NCBI GenBank assembly: GCA_000004985.1
Contig: GG738847.1
Strand: one strand, 5' to 3'
DNA length: 64,000 nucleotides
DNA from: Naegleria gruberi
Lineage: Eukaryota
In this document: piece after piece, positions 1-11,098 of the stretch
Layout: each line of letters opens with the position of its first letter
Position numbering within the stretch: the stretch's first letter is position 1
Notes under the pieces: generated by a model
Databases searched by the model: none
Told to the model about the DNA's origin: nothing
Seen by the model: the letters and a program-made list of their open reading frames with translations, nothing else
Translations under genes and position numbers: made by a program

Positions 1-1636
1 GAATGGATTCTTCCTTGAGTGTTTTCATATCTCTGCAACCATGAGCTATGAGCTCTCGAGAAGAGAAATTACTAGATGAATCTCCTTCACTTAAGAATGG
101 AACAGAGGAAAGTGTGAACATGAAACATTTGGTGGTATCTTCTGGGAGTAAATATCCACCCTCTTCAAATACTTTCCAAAAATCTGTTTGTGTATCATTC
201 TTATTCATAGTGGACGGATCACTTCTTCCATATAAATATTCCCAATCTTGAGATTGATTTGTACTAATTCTCCACTCATTGTCATGATAAAAGAGCATAC
301 ACATGGTGCCAACATATTTCATTGTGACTTGAATGGATTGATTCTCTACAGGTTTGCTATTTGTTTTTAAAAGAATATTGTCACACGCATCAGAATCATA
401 TTGGAAAAAGTACTTGTATGGATGGGCCACAAGTTTCATATTAGCCCTGTCTAGAGTATTGGTCCAATCGGATGGTGGATGCATTTCAACAATAGAGCCA
501 TTCCAACATTCCTGAAGAGGAATTAAATCGTCCAATCTTTTGTGAACTTCTCTGTGAGTAATCATCTTGACCAACTTGGTTGAAATGAAAGATTCCTTCT
601 TGATGAGGTCAATTATTGATTGGTCTTGAGGAATATGATAGGTTCCCTCAATGAGGGATATGGCCGTTGGCGAGGATTGCTGTTCTCCCAAAATGACTTG
701 CTTTTCTTGTTGTTCTTTTTTAGATTCAAAGAGAGGTGAAACTACAATTGAAAAGTCTCGTGCTAACTCTGTAACTCCGTACCGTTTACAATATTCTAAA
801 AAGGCAGTGGAGGGTATGGATTTCTCAATAATTTCATTCATAATTTCATTGGAGAATGTTTGTGAACTTTTGAATATTTCATAACATGCATCATTCAATT
901 TAGATTTGAACAACTTATGTATTGGTCTAAACATTTCTTCATATTCTCTCCACAAGTTGAATTCTTTTGTCTTTTCAAAGAATAATTGGTGAAACTTTTT
1001 TGCATTTCTATACTTTACAATCTTCTTGTCCTTTGTGATGTGAATGGCATATTTCAAATAACGTATAGAATGGAGAAGGTTTTTCCTAGATCTCTTCAAA
1101 TCTCCATCATTGAATGATCTCTTAGCTGTAATCTTACACCACAAAGTGAGACCTCTCTGAATTTGTCTCAATCTAATATTCAATAGGGCCATCCAATACG
1201 TTCTAATCCATCTCATTAAATTTGATTCAAACCAAACAAATTGACCTCCATTTTCAAGCCACAATGGTAGAATGGATTTGTAATTGTGTTGCTCAATGAA
1301 AACATCCATCAGAAAATGTGAAACATCCATCACTACACAATCCATCTGATTCTCTCCACAACTCAACTCTAAAGTCATTCGAGAATCGGAAGGAAGTCTA
1401 TTATTCCTATTGATTCCCTCTCGTTCATCAGCCTTTCTATTGGTAATAATAATGAAATCATAATCACTTTTTGTTTGATCCGATTCACTAATATATGTAT
1501 TTTCAATTCCATACAAACGAGAGCCGAACAAATAGATGGCCTCTATATGAAAATTATCTCCTCCATTATATTCTATCAGAGTTTGCACTAGTGATTGTAC
1601 ATTCAACTCAAAAGAGGAGGAAGAAGATTGCGACAT
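1..1636 (-). CDS. Partial gene that runs off the window start and shows only the N-terminal 545+ aa. It has a Pol-beta-superfamily nucleotidyltransferase fold at the N-terminus (FGSRLYG...SDYDFIII...MDCVVMDV) followed by a long unknown C-terminal region. That region may contain a degenerate RNA-ligase-like KxDG-type segment (VTMKYVGT), but this is speculative.
   Basis: Hand translation of the minus strand from the ATG at about 1636 (MSQSSSSSFELNVQ...) gives an uninterrupted frame to position 1. The hG[S]x3G...[S]DxD motif plus a downstream hDh strand is typical of Cid1/TUTase/OAS/cGAS-type NTases. It is absent from the ORF track because no stop lies inside the window. Confidence 0.55.
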   Translation of the reverse strand, partial: MSQSSSSSFELNVQSLVQTLIEYNGGDNFHIEAIYLFGSRLYGIENTYISESDQTKSDYDFIIITNRKADEREGINRNNRLPSDSRMTLELSCGENQMDCVVMDVSHFLMDVFIEQHNYKSILPLWLENGGQFVWFESNLMRWIRTYWMALLNIRLRQIQRGLTLWCKITAKRSFNDGDLKRSRKNLLHSIRYLKYAIHITKDKKIVKYRNAKKFHQLFFEKTKEFNLWREYEEMFRPIHKLFKSKLNDACYEIFKSSQTFSNEIMNEIIEKSIPSTAFLEYCKRYGVTELARDFSIVVSPLFESKKEQQEKQVILGEQQSSPTAISLIEGTYHIPQDQSIIDLIKKESFISTKLVKMITHREVHKRLDDLIPLQECWNGSIVEMHPPSDWTNTLDRANMKLVAHPYKYFFQYDSDACDNILLKTNSKPVENQSIQVTMKYVGTMCMLFYHDNEWRISTNQSQDWEYLYGRSDPSTMNKNDTQTDFWKVFEEGGYLLPEDTTKCFMFTLSSVPFLSEGDSSSNFSSRELIAHGCRDMKTLKEESI

Positions 1637-2015
1637 TTTTTATAATTGGAAGATTTTGGTTCAGTTGTGTGGGTGCAATTTCAGAGTTTCATGTGCATGT
1701 GTATATATTTCTCTTGAGACTTTCACCATTTTCATATCATCTGTGCACTTTCTGATATTAATTAATTAGAAAATTCTTGTTAAGAGTGTTTAGTTTTATT
1801 GTTTTGTAATCAGTTTCACAAGATCAGTAATTTGATGGCTTTGGGCAGTGTGAAATTGTTTCTTGCACTTCTGATAATAAGTTCATTTTGTAATCTTTCA
1901 AGTGCTTTATCTTTCATCTACATTGATTGATTTGAATCAGCATTAAATAATTCTAAAACAAATATGATCATGTTTCATTATTGGGAAAGCTTCATCTCTT
2001 CAATACAGACTAAGT

Positions 2016-3008
2016 TCACGTATCATCAAAATAAACTTTGTAAAATGTTAGCAAACTCACATGGGTCACAAAATTTTCCTTTGAAACATTTCGTGAAAAG
2101 TGAAATCCAAATCCAGAAGCAGTATTTTTCATATGAAAGGAAAGGTTTGGTTTGCCAATCACATTCTTTGGATTTATCGTCGATGGTATTTGGATAAATA
2201 TTGAGCACTTGAGTTGTCTATCGTTTGGAACGCGTTCAATAATATTCCACTGTAAATTATCTGATTCCCTTTCTAATTTTCCAATGGTTTTCATTCCCTT
2301 CTTAATTCCTACAATATTTGTTAAAGGATTCAATAGTGGAATCTTGACATTGAGGTTGAATACTTTTTCTGATCTTTTAACACCAATTCCCATTAATATT
2401 TTGATAATTGAATATTCTACTGTTTGATTAACAACTCTGATATTAAAAAATAATTCTATGGGATTGATATCACGTTGTTTAAATGATCTAATGGTGTATG
2501 TTACGGATTCATTACGTATGTATGGTTCTGGCCAAATTGGAAACTTGTAGGTAGGAATTTTATACCTAGAAGGAGATATTTTGAAATTAGTTTCATTTCG
2601 TTTCACATAATTTCCATTCAATCCTTCTGTTCCTTCATGAATCTCAATAAAATTATTGAATTTCTCATTTAGAGATATCAAAATTTCCATTTTGGCAGAA
2701 CCTGAACAATCTGAGCTAAACGAGAAAGTACCTTCTAGTGTACAATTATTAAGATTCTTCACTATTGCTACTCTTTCTATAATATCGAGATGTAGATATG
2801 TAAATCTATGTTCTCTGATATGCCATAATAACGTTTGGGTGGATTTGGGTATATTTAACTCTTGAATTGGCTTTTCTCTCTTCAAAATAGAACTATCAAA
2901 AGGGTCAATCAAAAATTCTAGCATTTCACATGATTTTGATTCCTCTGACAGGTGTTTAAATTTTCTATGAATCAATTTTAGAGTTTCAAAAACCAAAAAG
3001 GTATTCAC
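2016..3008 (-). CDS. Hypothetical protein (330-aa ORF) with no recognisable domain. It may be the 3' exon of the same gene as the 3043-3702 ORF, but no clean GT-AG intron joins the two frames.
   Basis: Long ORF with coding-like composition. The upstream in-frame stop sits just 5' of it. Confidence 0.4.
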   Translation of the reverse strand: MNTFLVFETLKLIHRKFKHLSEESKSCEMLEFLIDPFDSSILKREKPIQELNIPKSTQTLLWHIREHRFTYLHLDIIERVAIVKNLNNCTLEGTFSFSSDCSGSAKMEILISLNEKFNNFIEIHEGTEGLNGNYVKRNETNFKISPSRYKIPTYKFPIWPEPYIRNESVTYTIRSFKQRDINPIELFFNIRVVNQTVEYSIIKILMGIGVKRSEKVFNLNVKIPLLNPLTNIVGIKKGMKTIGKLERESDNLQWNIIERVPNDRQLKCSIFIQIPSTINPKNVIGKPNLSFHMKNTASGFGFHFSRNVSKENFVTHVSLLTFYKVYFDDT

Positions 3009-3042
3009 ATTTCTTACACTTCTACAAAATATAACATCTGCA

Positions 3043-3702
3043 TTAATTAGATGTTGGATTTACAAATAAATGCAACTTACAAGTAAGATTCCTCTTTTTC
3101 AACACAAAATAATTGAATTCTCCTTTTTGAAATATTGGTTTGAATTCGTAGAGAATCATTTCTTTACAAATTATATCCTTAATGGTTTCGACCAAATTAA
3201 AAGTTCTAAATGCCATTTCCAATTGTTTACAATCTTCCCACAAGTGAAAGAATTCAATTTCCACTTTTTTACCAATAATCACCAATCCAGAATATCCAAG
3301 AAAATCTGATGAAGAATCATGATGAGCTAATAATTGATTTATATTTTCCAAATCCTTTTGTGTATCATTATTAAATTTTGGCATTCTCTCAGCATGATTA
3401 GATATATTAGCAAATTGTTTGGAAACCAATTTTAATATTGGATCAATCAATTGATCATTAGAATGTTTCCTCCGCTGATAAATATTATTCAAATAAAACA
3501 TTACAAAGTGTTCCGAATTGATTACTGTGTACCAACTCTTACACACAAGGTATGGTTTGCAAATTTTCCAATCTGTTGCATGATTAGTGAACTGTAACAC
3601 GGTGGCAATCAAGAAATGATCCATTTTTTGATAATTGAATTCAGTTTTAAATAAGCTCATTCTTATAAATTTGTTTAACAATCTCCGAATTGTATACATC
3701 AA
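3043..3702 (-). CDS. Hypothetical protein (219-aa ORF) of unknown function.
   Basis: Long ORF. It ends in ...ACT T|GTAAGT TGC..., which looks like a donor site, but I could not find a frame-compatible acceptor within 60 nt. Confidence 0.4.
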   Translation of the reverse strand: MMYTIRRLLNKFIRMSLFKTEFNYQKMDHFLIATVLQFTNHATDWKICKPYLVCKSWYTVINSEHFVMFYLNNIYQRRKHSNDQLIDPILKLVSKQFANISNHAERMPKFNNDTQKDLENINQLLAHHDSSSDFLGYSGLVIIGKKVEIEFFHLWEDCKQLEMAFRTFNLVETIKDIICKEMILYEFKPIFQKGEFNYFVLKKRNLTCKLHLFVNPTSN

Positions 3703-4093
3703 TGGATGATGAATTAAATTCCTTCCAGAGTTGTTGTGTTCTTCAACATATTTTTTATCAAAGATTTGAAACTAGTTTTTTGATAAGAGGGAATTCTGTT
3801 CAATTAGAAAACAACCAAAAGATTCTAATTTAAAAAAAGGCCACATACCAAATCAACGCTTACCATCACCATAACAACAAAATAGATTCATGGAGGTTAC
3901 TTCCTCATAGGCTCCGATCATCACGTTAAAAGTAGTTTGAAACACGATTGGTCATTCATATTATTTAAAAAAACATCACCAAACGTGATCGTGAAAACAT
4001 CAAAAAGAATCGGAAGTGGTCATATTGAACAACATCTCTCTGATATTTCGATTACTGAAGTAATATTATTATTATTTAAAAAGAATAGAAAGA

Positions 4094-7000
4094 ATGGGAA
4101 ATTCACTAGCTAATGCCCTTCATCAAAAAGTTGTGCTAGAAGTATTGAAAAGATCTCCGATATGGGAATTGATTCATCCAATATCAGTGAATCAAATTAA
4201 GACTTCTCTACCAACACGTTTTGATGCTTCAGAAAACATTAATCCCAATAATTTTCATTATTACAAGATTGAGAATGTTACATTTAGAGTTGATGTATTG
4301 AATCGATTCTTGGCATGTTCTGTTAGGAATTTGGAAATAACTGAAGGATATATTGAGTACATTTCTATTAGAATACCACACATGTCTAATATGGTAAATA
4401 ATTTATCGAGTATTAGAGTGGCAGTATTTGGAGTTTTATTGAGTATTAAATGGGTGGATGAATTTACTGACTTGTCAAATTCCATGCTTCAATCATCTGT
4501 AATGTTACAATCAGTTTCGGATATGCTTACTTCTCAATGGTCTGATAGGAGTGATATTGGTGATGCTTCTCCAATGACAGAATTTGGTGAGGGAGAGGCT
4601 GTTTTATTCAGTGCAGTTGATGCTTTTATTTCCAAATTTTCAATCAATATTCAAAACGTGACAATTAATATTTCAATGCCTCAGAATCAAGTTATTAGTT
4701 TATTCATTCCTCAGGTGGTTTATTTTGATAATACCAATCACAGCTCTTCTAACAAGGTGTACAGTTATACTATGAATTTAAAGAATGGATTTATTATTCA
4801 ATCTGGAGACAAACCAATTACAACGGATATTGACATGAAGAACAATTTCATGTATGCCAATGGTATGATTTCTCTGACAGTTTCAGTTGATGTTCAAAAA
4901 TCAAAGATTAATCTATCAGTACAGTGTGACCAGGCGCATCTCGTTCTTTCACCTTCAAGAATTGAAATGATGCTGAGAATGTATGCCTTTATATTTGACA
5001 AGAAACAACACATCAAGAGAAAGCAGCAGTCAAAAATTAGAACAGAAGATGTTAAAACTGAAGAGAGATTCTATATGGATTTTAATTTTGAAGCTGGAAG
5101 GATACAGGGAATATTACTCTTCAAAGACCAACAGGATATTGATTGGAAATCAGAATTTGGAATGATTGAGCCTCAAAATATTACAGTTCCTCATGTTGTT
5201 TGTGTATTCAATGATATTGCAATGAGATACAAATCTGCCTTTGATGGCATTCTACACACTACAACATCAATTGATGTTGGCCAATTATTTATTGTGGATG
5301 AGCTTTCAAAAGTCAAAACCTCTGATGATACTGCTCTGCTACCACTCACACCAATAGAAAATGCCTTGATGGTTCACATTGGAGCTGTAATTGTGGATAT
5401 CAAATTGATCACTCTATTCAAAGAATCTATCAAATTGATCAGTAGAATTGTAAAGTTGCATCAATCTTTTGAGGAGAAGAATCCTCAAACTATAATTTAT
5501 CAGCCCTATCGAGATGAGAATGATGATGATCCAAACGATAATAAGGATCTCTCCACTATTATTCGAAAGACAGTTTCACCATTTGTAAATATTGAACTCA
5601 TAGAAATTGACATTCGATCAGAGGAGAGTAACACTGTACTATATGCTTCAATGTTTGGTCTTCAATCAGATAATAATTACAAGTTTGAGGTTACCTCTTC
5701 CAGTGTTCACCTTGCAGATGAAGATACAGATATACGAAGTGAAATCATCTCTCTCGCCGATATGAGCATTTCCTTGAGGGAGGACTCGGTAGAGATTGGA
5801 AACAAGAATACCAGAGCCTCAGGCTCTCTTAATCAATACCAATATCATATTTTAATGGGTATAACTAATGAGATTTTATCCATTCTCTCATCAAAAGATA
5901 TGGAACAACTTTCTAGCCCTTCACTCGAGGAGACAGACTCCTCTGAATTTTCAATACTATTTAATTTTAATGAATTGGAGGTGTTGCTCTCTGGTGAATT
6001 GTACAGTGTAATGCTTGCTTTGAGTTCTGTGAGTGGCCAATTCCAATTGGAAGGGAAGGATTCAAAGGCCATTGTCGATATTGGTAATTGTAAAGTTTCA
6101 GAAAGACTTGATGGAGTAGAGAATTGCATTATTAACAAATTCTCCAATCTTTTAAAGCCATTCACCAAACAAGATCAAGCAATCAAGGTAATCTTCCTTT
6201 CTAGCCCTTCAACAACCTTTGTAGATATTCAAACATGTGGACTTTGTATTGACTTTTCAATGGAAAATTTAAAGACCATTGAATTTTTAACAAGCTTTTT
6301 CAAAACCGAAGAGAGTGGTAGAGAAGAGTCCAATTCAATGGACCCTCCAAAAGCTATGAGTATTACTGTACAAAATGATCATACCATACTCAATTTCAAA
6401 TCACCAGATGCTTCCATTTACCTCTATCTCAATCATTTGAAAACGAAAATTTCTCAACAAAGTGATTGTAATTGTACTATATTGGCCTCCATTTATCCAA
6501 CCCTCTCGAGTGTGACTAAGAGAAATTTGATCAATATAGATTTGGAAACAGTGGAAGGATTTATTGGACCTCTCATAACTTCTTCAGATCTTTCTAAGCG
6601 AGCCACTGATAATAGTTCCATAGATTTTGGTTTTTCATCCATCATGAAAAAGAGCGGATTTTTCGAGTTATTATCAGTGGGTTGTGCAAACTTATTGATC
6701 AAAACCAAACCAGGTAGTTTTGAACTTGATAAGGTGAAACTCAGTAATTCTACTCTTCATTTCTACTTGTCCAAAACCACTTTGGCTACTCTGACAAGAA
6801 TAATATCCTCTTTGAATAAGCCAACCAGCTACAACAACTCTGGTAATTACATGATGGTTGAGGAGAGTGTAATGGAATCCATGTACTCAATTGCTTCATC
6901 TCAAGTTGATGATTACTTTATTGTTGATTCTGATGTGGAAAGTGTTGCAGACGATGATTATGAGGACTACAAGACAATGACCTTCTCTAAATTATTGCCC

Positions 7001-8272
7001 TACGTGATTGATGAAGACTATGTTGATAAGCAGAGCTCCAAGAAGAATCAATTCCTATCGAATGTCAATTCTACATTCGAGTTATTTGTTACTGATGATG
7101 TGAATATATATCTTCACTTGACAAATTCCAAAGATACAAGAAATGAAAAGATGAGTGTAATTTTATCTGGAACATCTTTGAGATATGTGGAATTAACCGA
7201 TGAAGATGAATCTACCAAAGTTACTAACATAAGTCTGAAACTGAAGGATTTAGTAGTTCATGATAGGTATAATTTAAATTCTGTTTGTAAATTCATTTCT
7301 AGGAAACATTCCACATACGATATCGATGAAGACTTTCTCTCAGTTGGCCTAAAAATCAATAAGGATATGGAACAACAAACACACATTGAATTGACTGTTC
7401 AAGTAGTTCCCATCAAATTGGATGTTCACGAGCATACAGTTGATTTCCTTATTGATTTATTCTCGCCACCTGAGGATGATTCCTTGAATACTCGATCCAC
7501 CACTTCTGTAGCCACAACAACAGCAAGTATAACCAGAGATGGTGACTCTGCCTTAACTATTTTCGATCGTGTTATTATCAATGATATTACTGTATTCCTG
7601 AACTATTATCCATCCATTAAATCTTCTCTGCCAAGAGTTAGTGATGCCTCCCTAACAATTACCAGTTTCAAAGTGCTGAGGGGAGACGAAGTATGTGGTG
7701 TTGATAATTTGGTTGCCCTCATTACCAATCACATCTTTAAACACTTTACAAATCCAACAGATATTTTCAAATTATTACTTGGTTTGAGAACGATCAAGTC
7801 AATTTATAACATTGTGGGAGGTGTTGGCGATTTGGTCTTTATTCCAATAAGAGAATTCAGAAAGGATGGTGCGATGATACGAGGAGTGAATATGGGAATT
7901 TGGAATTTCATGAAAACACTCTCACTCAATACGACCATGTTTGCTGCAGGAACAGTTGATGCTCTCCATATGATCTGCACCAAGGTAGATAATTACCTCA
8001 CCGAGGAAGAAGGTCAAATGTTATCCTCCATTGATAATTATCCTCAATTTTCAGAGACAGGAGTCGCAGAAGCAGCCCTCAATGAAGTTAAACAAGGTAT
8101 TGCAGTAATTTCTCTTCCAACATCATCGAGTTCTGCTGTCCGAGTGGTTGTTTCCCCACTCAGAGGTATCACAAGTGCACTATCAATCATCTTTAATCGT
8201 CTCGTTGACAATATTACCACAACAGAAGATGGTTCATCCTCATCCATGAATTCACAAGATCATTCTCATTAG
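4094..8272 (+). CDS. ATG2/VPS13-family chorein lipid-transfer protein, most likely an Atg2 (autophagy-related protein 2) homolog. It is compact at 1392 aa and is a single exon.
   Basis: The N-terminus has a chorein-N-like pattern (MGNSLANALHQKVVLEVLKRS...RVDVLNRFLA...IRIPHM). The C-terminus carries the ATG_C signature (LGLRTIKSIYNIVGGVGDLVFIPIREFRKDGAMIRGVNMG, compare human ATG2 ...LPIEQYRKDGRLMRGLQRG). Confidence 0.65.
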   Translation: MGNSLANALHQKVVLEVLKRSPIWELIHPISVNQIKTSLPTRFDASENINPNNFHYYKIENVTFRVDVLNRFLACSVRNLEITEGYIEYISIRIPHMSNMVNNLSSIRVAVFGVLLSIKWVDEFTDLSNSMLQSSVMLQSVSDMLTSQWSDRSDIGDASPMTEFGEGEAVLFSAVDAFISKFSINIQNVTINISMPQNQVISLFIPQVVYFDNTNHSSSNKVYSYTMNLKNGFIIQSGDKPITTDIDMKNNFMYANGMISLTVSVDVQKSKINLSVQCDQAHLVLSPSRIEMMLRMYAFIFDKKQHIKRKQQSKIRTEDVKTEERFYMDFNFEAGRIQGILLFKDQQDIDWKSEFGMIEPQNITVPHVVCVFNDIAMRYKSAFDGILHTTTSIDVGQLFIVDELSKVKTSDDTALLPLTPIENALMVHIGAVIVDIKLITLFKESIKLISRIVKLHQSFEEKNPQTIIYQPYRDENDDDPNDNKDLSTIIRKTVSPFVNIELIEIDIRSEESNTVLYASMFGLQSDNNYKFEVTSSSVHLADEDTDIRSEIISLADMSISLREDSVEIGNKNTRASGSLNQYQYHILMGITNEILSILSSKDMEQLSSPSLEETDSSEFSILFNFNELEVLLSGELYSVMLALSSVSGQFQLEGKDSKAIVDIGNCKVSERLDGVENCIINKFSNLLKPFTKQDQAIKVIFLSSPSTTFVDIQTCGLCIDFSMENLKTIEFLTSFFKTEESGREESNSMDPPKAMSITVQNDHTILNFKSPDASIYLYLNHLKTKISQQSDCNCTILASIYPTLSSVTKRNLINIDLETVEGFIGPLITSSDLSKRATDNSSIDFGFSSIMKKSGFFELLSVGCANLLIKTKPGSFELDKVKLSNSTLHFYLSKTTLATLTRIISSLNKPTSYNNSGNYMMVEESVMESMYSIASSQVDDYFIVDSDVESVADDDYEDYKTMTFSKLLPYVIDEDYVDKQSSKKNQFLSNVNSTFELFVTDDVNIYLHLTNSKDTRNEKMSVILSGTSLRYVELTDEDESTKVTNISLKLKDLVVHDRYNLNSVCKFISRKHSTYDIDEDFLSVGLKINKDMEQQTHIELTVQVVPIKLDVHEHTVDFLIDLFSPPEDDSLNTRSTTSVATTTASITRDGDSALTIFDRVIINDITVFLNYYPSIKSSLPRVSDASLTITSFKVLRGDEVCGVDNLVALITNHIFKHFTNPTDIFKLLLGLRTIKSIYNIVGGVGDLVFIPIREFRKDGAMIRGVNMGIWNFMKTLSLNTTMFAAGTVDALHMICTKVDNYLTEEEGQMLSSIDNYPQFSETGVAEAALNEVKQGIAVISLPTSSSSAVRVVVSPLRGITSALSIIFNRLVDNITTTEDGSSSSMNSQDHSH

Positions 8273-8416
8273 GAATGAAGGAATAAATTTTGTGACAATC
8301 ATTTTAGTAATTCTACATTACAATAATAGTAATTTATATTTCTAATTAATCCTTAAAGTCAATTAAATTAATTGTTAATATTATATTTAAATTATAAAAA
8401 TTTAATATTAAAAAAA

Positions 8417-9439
8417 ATGCAAACACCACTCAACATTAACGTAGTCAAATCGTTGGGTCTAGGAAAAGTCTATAAAGGACACTCTAAAGAAATAAATGGA
8501 ATGGATTTCTTTAGAGATGGAAAATCACTTTTATGTTCATCCGATGATGATAATATTACATGGTTTGATTGTACAACTCTTACTCCGAAGAGTGAACCTT
8601 CTAAAACAATACCCAGCAAAAAGTATGGATGTAGTCTAGTTAAATTTACACACTCTGAAGATGCTTGTATTCATGCTTCTAACAAGGAAGGATTAAATGA
8701 TGATATAAGATATTTAAATATACATAATGGAAATTTTCTCAGATACTTTAAAGGACATACAAAGAAGGTTGTCTCCTTGTCCATGTGTCCTATTGATGAT
8801 GGTTTTGCATCAACATCACTTGATAATACTTTACGATTGTGGGATTTGAGAAAATCATCGGAAACACACAAATGTGCATTTACAGGAAAACCTGTTACTG
8901 CCTATGATCCTAAAGGATTGGTACTGGCAGTTACTACACCGCCTGGTGTTATCAAATTATATGATGTCAGAAATTTGGACTCGCCATTTTCCACTTTTGC
9001 TCTCACTTTTCAAGAAACTCCAGATTATTCTTCCATGCTTTTTTCACCAGATGGAAATTATATTACAGTTGTTTCATCAGATTCTATATCGCTAATTGAT
9101 GCTTTCAATGGAAAGGAATTATTCAGAAAGACCAATGATGAAATTAGTGTCCTCTCAGAGGAAGATAAGGCATTCTATACGAAAAATAATTTCCCACTTC
9201 CCCAAAGTTCAGGAATTTCTCAAACTGGTGCTTCATTCTCACCAAATAGCGAATTTTTATTTGTTGGAACAGAAGATGGACGACTGCTCACAATTGAAAC
9301 TAGTTCAGGAAAATTCTGTCACTCATTCACAAACACAGATTTCAGACACAGCGGTGAAGTGAGTGCTTGTTTCAATCCACAATATTGTATGTTAGTGAGT
9401 GCTTGTCAAGCTGTTTGTTTCTGGGTTCCATCCATGTAA
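8417..9439 (+). CDS. WD40-repeat protein of the WDR82/Swd2 type (COMPASS / PP1-PNUTS subunit).
   Basis: MQTPLNIN... with WD repeats. The blocks SLVKFTHSEDACIHASNKEGLNDDIRYLNIHNGNFLRYFKGHTKKVVSLSMCPIDDGFASTSLDNTLRLWDLRKS are closely similar to conserved WDR82 blocks. Confidence 0.7.
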   Translation: MQTPLNINVVKSLGLGKVYKGHSKEINGMDFFRDGKSLLCSSDDDNITWFDCTTLTPKSEPSKTIPSKKYGCSLVKFTHSEDACIHASNKEGLNDDIRYLNIHNGNFLRYFKGHTKKVVSLSMCPIDDGFASTSLDNTLRLWDLRKSSETHKCAFTGKPVTAYDPKGLVLAVTTPPGVIKLYDVRNLDSPFSTFALTFQETPDYSSMLFSPDGNYITVVSSDSISLIDAFNGKELFRKTNDEISVLSEEDKAFYTKNNFPLPQSSGISQTGASFSPNSEFLFVGTEDGRLLTIETSSGKFCHSFTNTDFRHSGEVSACFNPQYCMLVSACQAVCFWVPSM

Positions 9440-9573
9440 TGTTGAGACTCTATAAAATTAAAATAATTTATTTTCTGAATTGCAATTCATCCAAAGCATG
9501 CATGTAAGCCCTTCCAGTGGAAATTCGAACAAATCAAAAAAAATTAAATACTTATTTTTAAAATTTAAAAAAA

Positions 9574-11098
9574 ATGTCGTTAAATAACGAAGTTTCGGAT
9601 CAAACACAAAATATTGTGAATACACTCGTGTTGGAGTATCTTCTCACGGTGGAGAATCAGGACGACCATAATGCACAATATCCTTCCCATCAGCACTTTA
9701 TAGAAAATATTCAGCAACATTATGATGATGGTCATATTCCGATTAGGGTGAGAATGTGTCTTCAACAATTTAAAAAAACCATGAAAGAAGTGGAGCAATC
9801 TAGGAATATTGATCCAGAAACATACAAGAGGAGAGTATTGAATAATATTGATGTAATCAGATCAATTTTATCGGAAGTACAAGAGGATGAATTTTCATCA
9901 ATATTTGTGGGAGCTTCCTTTGAAAAATCAGAATTTATTTATAAGATCACAAAGTGGGAAGATGATTTGAGAAAGAATATTGAAAATGGGGAAGATAGAG
10001 ATAAAGCAGCTGGTAAATTGTTAGATTATGTGAGAATATTGGCCAATTCATTGGTTGTTCCTCGAATTGTTTCCATTGTTTCAGATAGTTTAAATAATGA
10101 TATTCGTTCCATTGGAAGTTTCATGTCTGAGGCCATTAGTGAAATTCCTCAACAAGATGAGCCACCAACTCCTCCAAGAGAACAAGAAGAATTGAGACAA
10201 ACTCTCAATATTCTTACTCCCTTCTCAGAGGCAAAGAAACTCTCCTCACGTATTTCAGCAGTATCTAATGGATCATCAACTCCAGATATTCCACCTCCAG
10301 GACTCAACTCTACACAAACCATTATTTGTGATTCTGATGAAGAGAGTCAGCCATCTCAATTATTCTTGGAAAAACCAAACATTTTTAGATTAACAAACCC
10401 ATCCAAGAATGGACGTCATTCTGCCACAAGTTCTTCCAATGCTGCTGTTGTACCTTCTTTTACTGATTCTTCCACACACAGTAATAATGGTAGTATAACA
10501 CCAATAAGCGATGAAAATAATAACAATATATTCTCCGATGAAACTGTAATTGAGCAACAACCTCCTCCTCCAAAAAAGAAGAGAAAGATTGGAAATATTA
10601 AGCTTTCAAAGGGAGAACTTGTAGAAGCTGTCAAAAGTATAGCAAAGAAGGAAAAGAAAATTGGCATGTCATTCACATTCAAAACCAAGAAAGCATGGGA
10701 TTTTATTGAAAAGAGAGTTTATGGAGATGATGTTTCCATACTTGGTGATTCAATGCTAGAGGAAGATACCAGAGAACCAGCATTTTCTCCTGAAAGATGG
10801 AAGAGAAGAGTAAGTTATTGTAAATTGATATTTTTGAAATATTCAACATATATATTGACATATTTAAACAAATTAAAAGGATGGAAAAGCTGCCAGATAT
10901 TGGACCAAAGATGAATTAAAAGCTCTATGGGAAGGATTCCAAAATTATGGAAACGATTTTGAAGCAATTTATTACACTTATAAGGATCGATTCCACATGA
11001 CTAGACATCCAGGTTCTCTCGGCAAGAAATTCAATCGAACATTGAAACCTTTAATTGTTGATGATGAAATAGATTTTGATCAAATACCTGATGAGTGA
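9574..11098 (+). CDS. SANT/Myb-like domain protein in two exons (9574-10809 and 10880-11098, phase 0, 70-nt intron GTAAGT...AG).
   Basis: The exon 1 ORF ends ...ERWKRR|gtaagt. Exon 2 encodes DGKAARYWTKDELKALWEGFQNYGNDFEAIYYTYKDRFHMTRH..., a SANT-like W...W...Y helix pattern. Confidence 0.6.

Noticed and set aside
4261-8247. Numerous 60-120 aa ORFs on the opposite strand or in alternate frames inside long genes (for example 4261-4485, 5845-6168, 36159-36845, 44257-44598, 45294-45728, 46251-46724)
   Set aside because: They are fully nested in well-supported long coding regions and have odd composition. They are artefacts of AT-rich antisense frames.
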